NCBI RefSeq assembly: GCF_009914755.1
Contig: NC_060936.1
From: the human T2T-CHM13v2.0 reference genome, Homo sapiens
DNA length: 64,000 bases
Reading direction: 5' to 3' (one strand)
Below are positions 62,997-64,000 of the stretch, one piece after another. Each line of letters opens with the position of its first letter. The stretch's first letter is position 1. The notes under the pieces are model-generated. The model saw nothing but the letters and a program-made list of their open reading frames with translations. It searched no databases and was not told the DNA's origin. The translations under genes and the position numbers were made by a program.

Positions 62997-64000
62997 TTAA
63001 AAAAAAAAAGATTACAATTTTATACTTCAAAAACATAGAACAACATAGCAACTCTAAGATGAAATTTCAAACATTAAAGAATTACATTAAGGCCAGTGTG
63101 ATGACTCACGCCTATAGTCCTAACACTTTGGGAGGCCGAGGCTGGAGGACTGCTTGAGCCTAGGAGTTTGAGACCAGCCCGGGCAACATAGGAAGACCCT
63201 CTCTGTACAAATAATAAATAAAATAATTTTTTTTAAAGAAAAGAATTTTAAAAAGAAAAAATGAATTAAAAAAGGAAAAAAAGAGGAATTAAAAAAAAAA
63301 AAAAGAAATTAGTGGGGAAGCAGAATTTGCTCCACAAAAGAGCCACCAGAATGGCAAAAGGGCTGGAAAATGGGACTTCGGAGAAAAAAGGGACGGAACT
63401 GTTTCTTTCCCAGGAGTCAGTTTACAAGGGGGACGCATGAGCTGTCCTCAAGCATATGATGAAATAATTACCAGCAATGTTCTAGCTGCACAGGACAGAA
63501 CAAAATAAATACACTGCACTTGAACCAGGGGAAGGCTGGCTAGACAAAAAGGAAAAAATGACTTGAATACAAGCCCACATTCAAGCCTGTTGCAGGCGGC
63601 GCAAAGCCACCCCTGGTAGCCTCTCCAGCTGGAACGCGGCAGGCCTGTGGCAGGGGCTGCCCCCACGGCCTTCAGCGCCCTGACAGCTGGGAGAAGGGGG
63701 AACATTTCTTTTCACATCATACAAAGATGCACATAACCAGCCCCCACTGACAAACAATGGAGCCTCTTGTGCCATCTCACCAACACTCTCTGAATTGTTT
63801 TCAAAATCTGCAACCCAGGAGTAGCTGCCAAATTTCTCTTTAATGCAAGATGTTAAAAATAGGGGATACTGGGGAGGGGAGGAGATTTTAATGCAGATTT
63901 TTTTCTGTGAGCCTAAAATTGCTCCACAAAAAGTCTACAGATTAAAAACAAATCCAGAACCCACCTTTAATTGACTTATCATTGAAATAATCTTCTAACC

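Noticed and set aside
63327-63931. 13-bp direct repeat ttgctccacaaaa ~590 bp apart, a possible TSD
   Set aside because: No tail or recognisable element lies between the copies, and such a match is plausible by chance in 64 kb.

Overview
This is primate (very likely human chr12q24) genomic DNA, saturated with Alu elements and holding two convergent genes. (1) TRAFD1/FLN29 is complete on the + strand: CpG-island promoter near 6.3-7.2 kb, a non-coding exon 1, and 11 coding exons that I assembled by hand with [10 protein letters not shown] GT-AG phases into a 1749-nt CDS (582 aa), with polyA signal at 34487. (2) The last 14 coding exons (about 756 codons, including the HECT domain) and a ~2.2-kb 3'UTR of HECTD4 lie on the - strand. 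Between the two 3' ends is a 5'-intact, 3'-deleted old L1PA with dead ORF1/ORF2 but an open antisense ORF0-like frame. Also present: the tailed mirtron MIR6861, a Y1 RNA retrocopy, a young 5'-truncated L1 with an apparent short 3' transduction, Tigger4a, MER3, an MLT1 LTR and dozens of Alus. Most ORFs in the supplied track are Alu or GC-rich artefacts. The best candidate for something undescribed is a split, degenerate Miro/RHOT-type EF-hand/ligand-mimic (ELM) module in HECTD4, upstream of an atypical large-HERC-like HECT domain. Gene names and reference sequences are recalled from memory, not from database searches.
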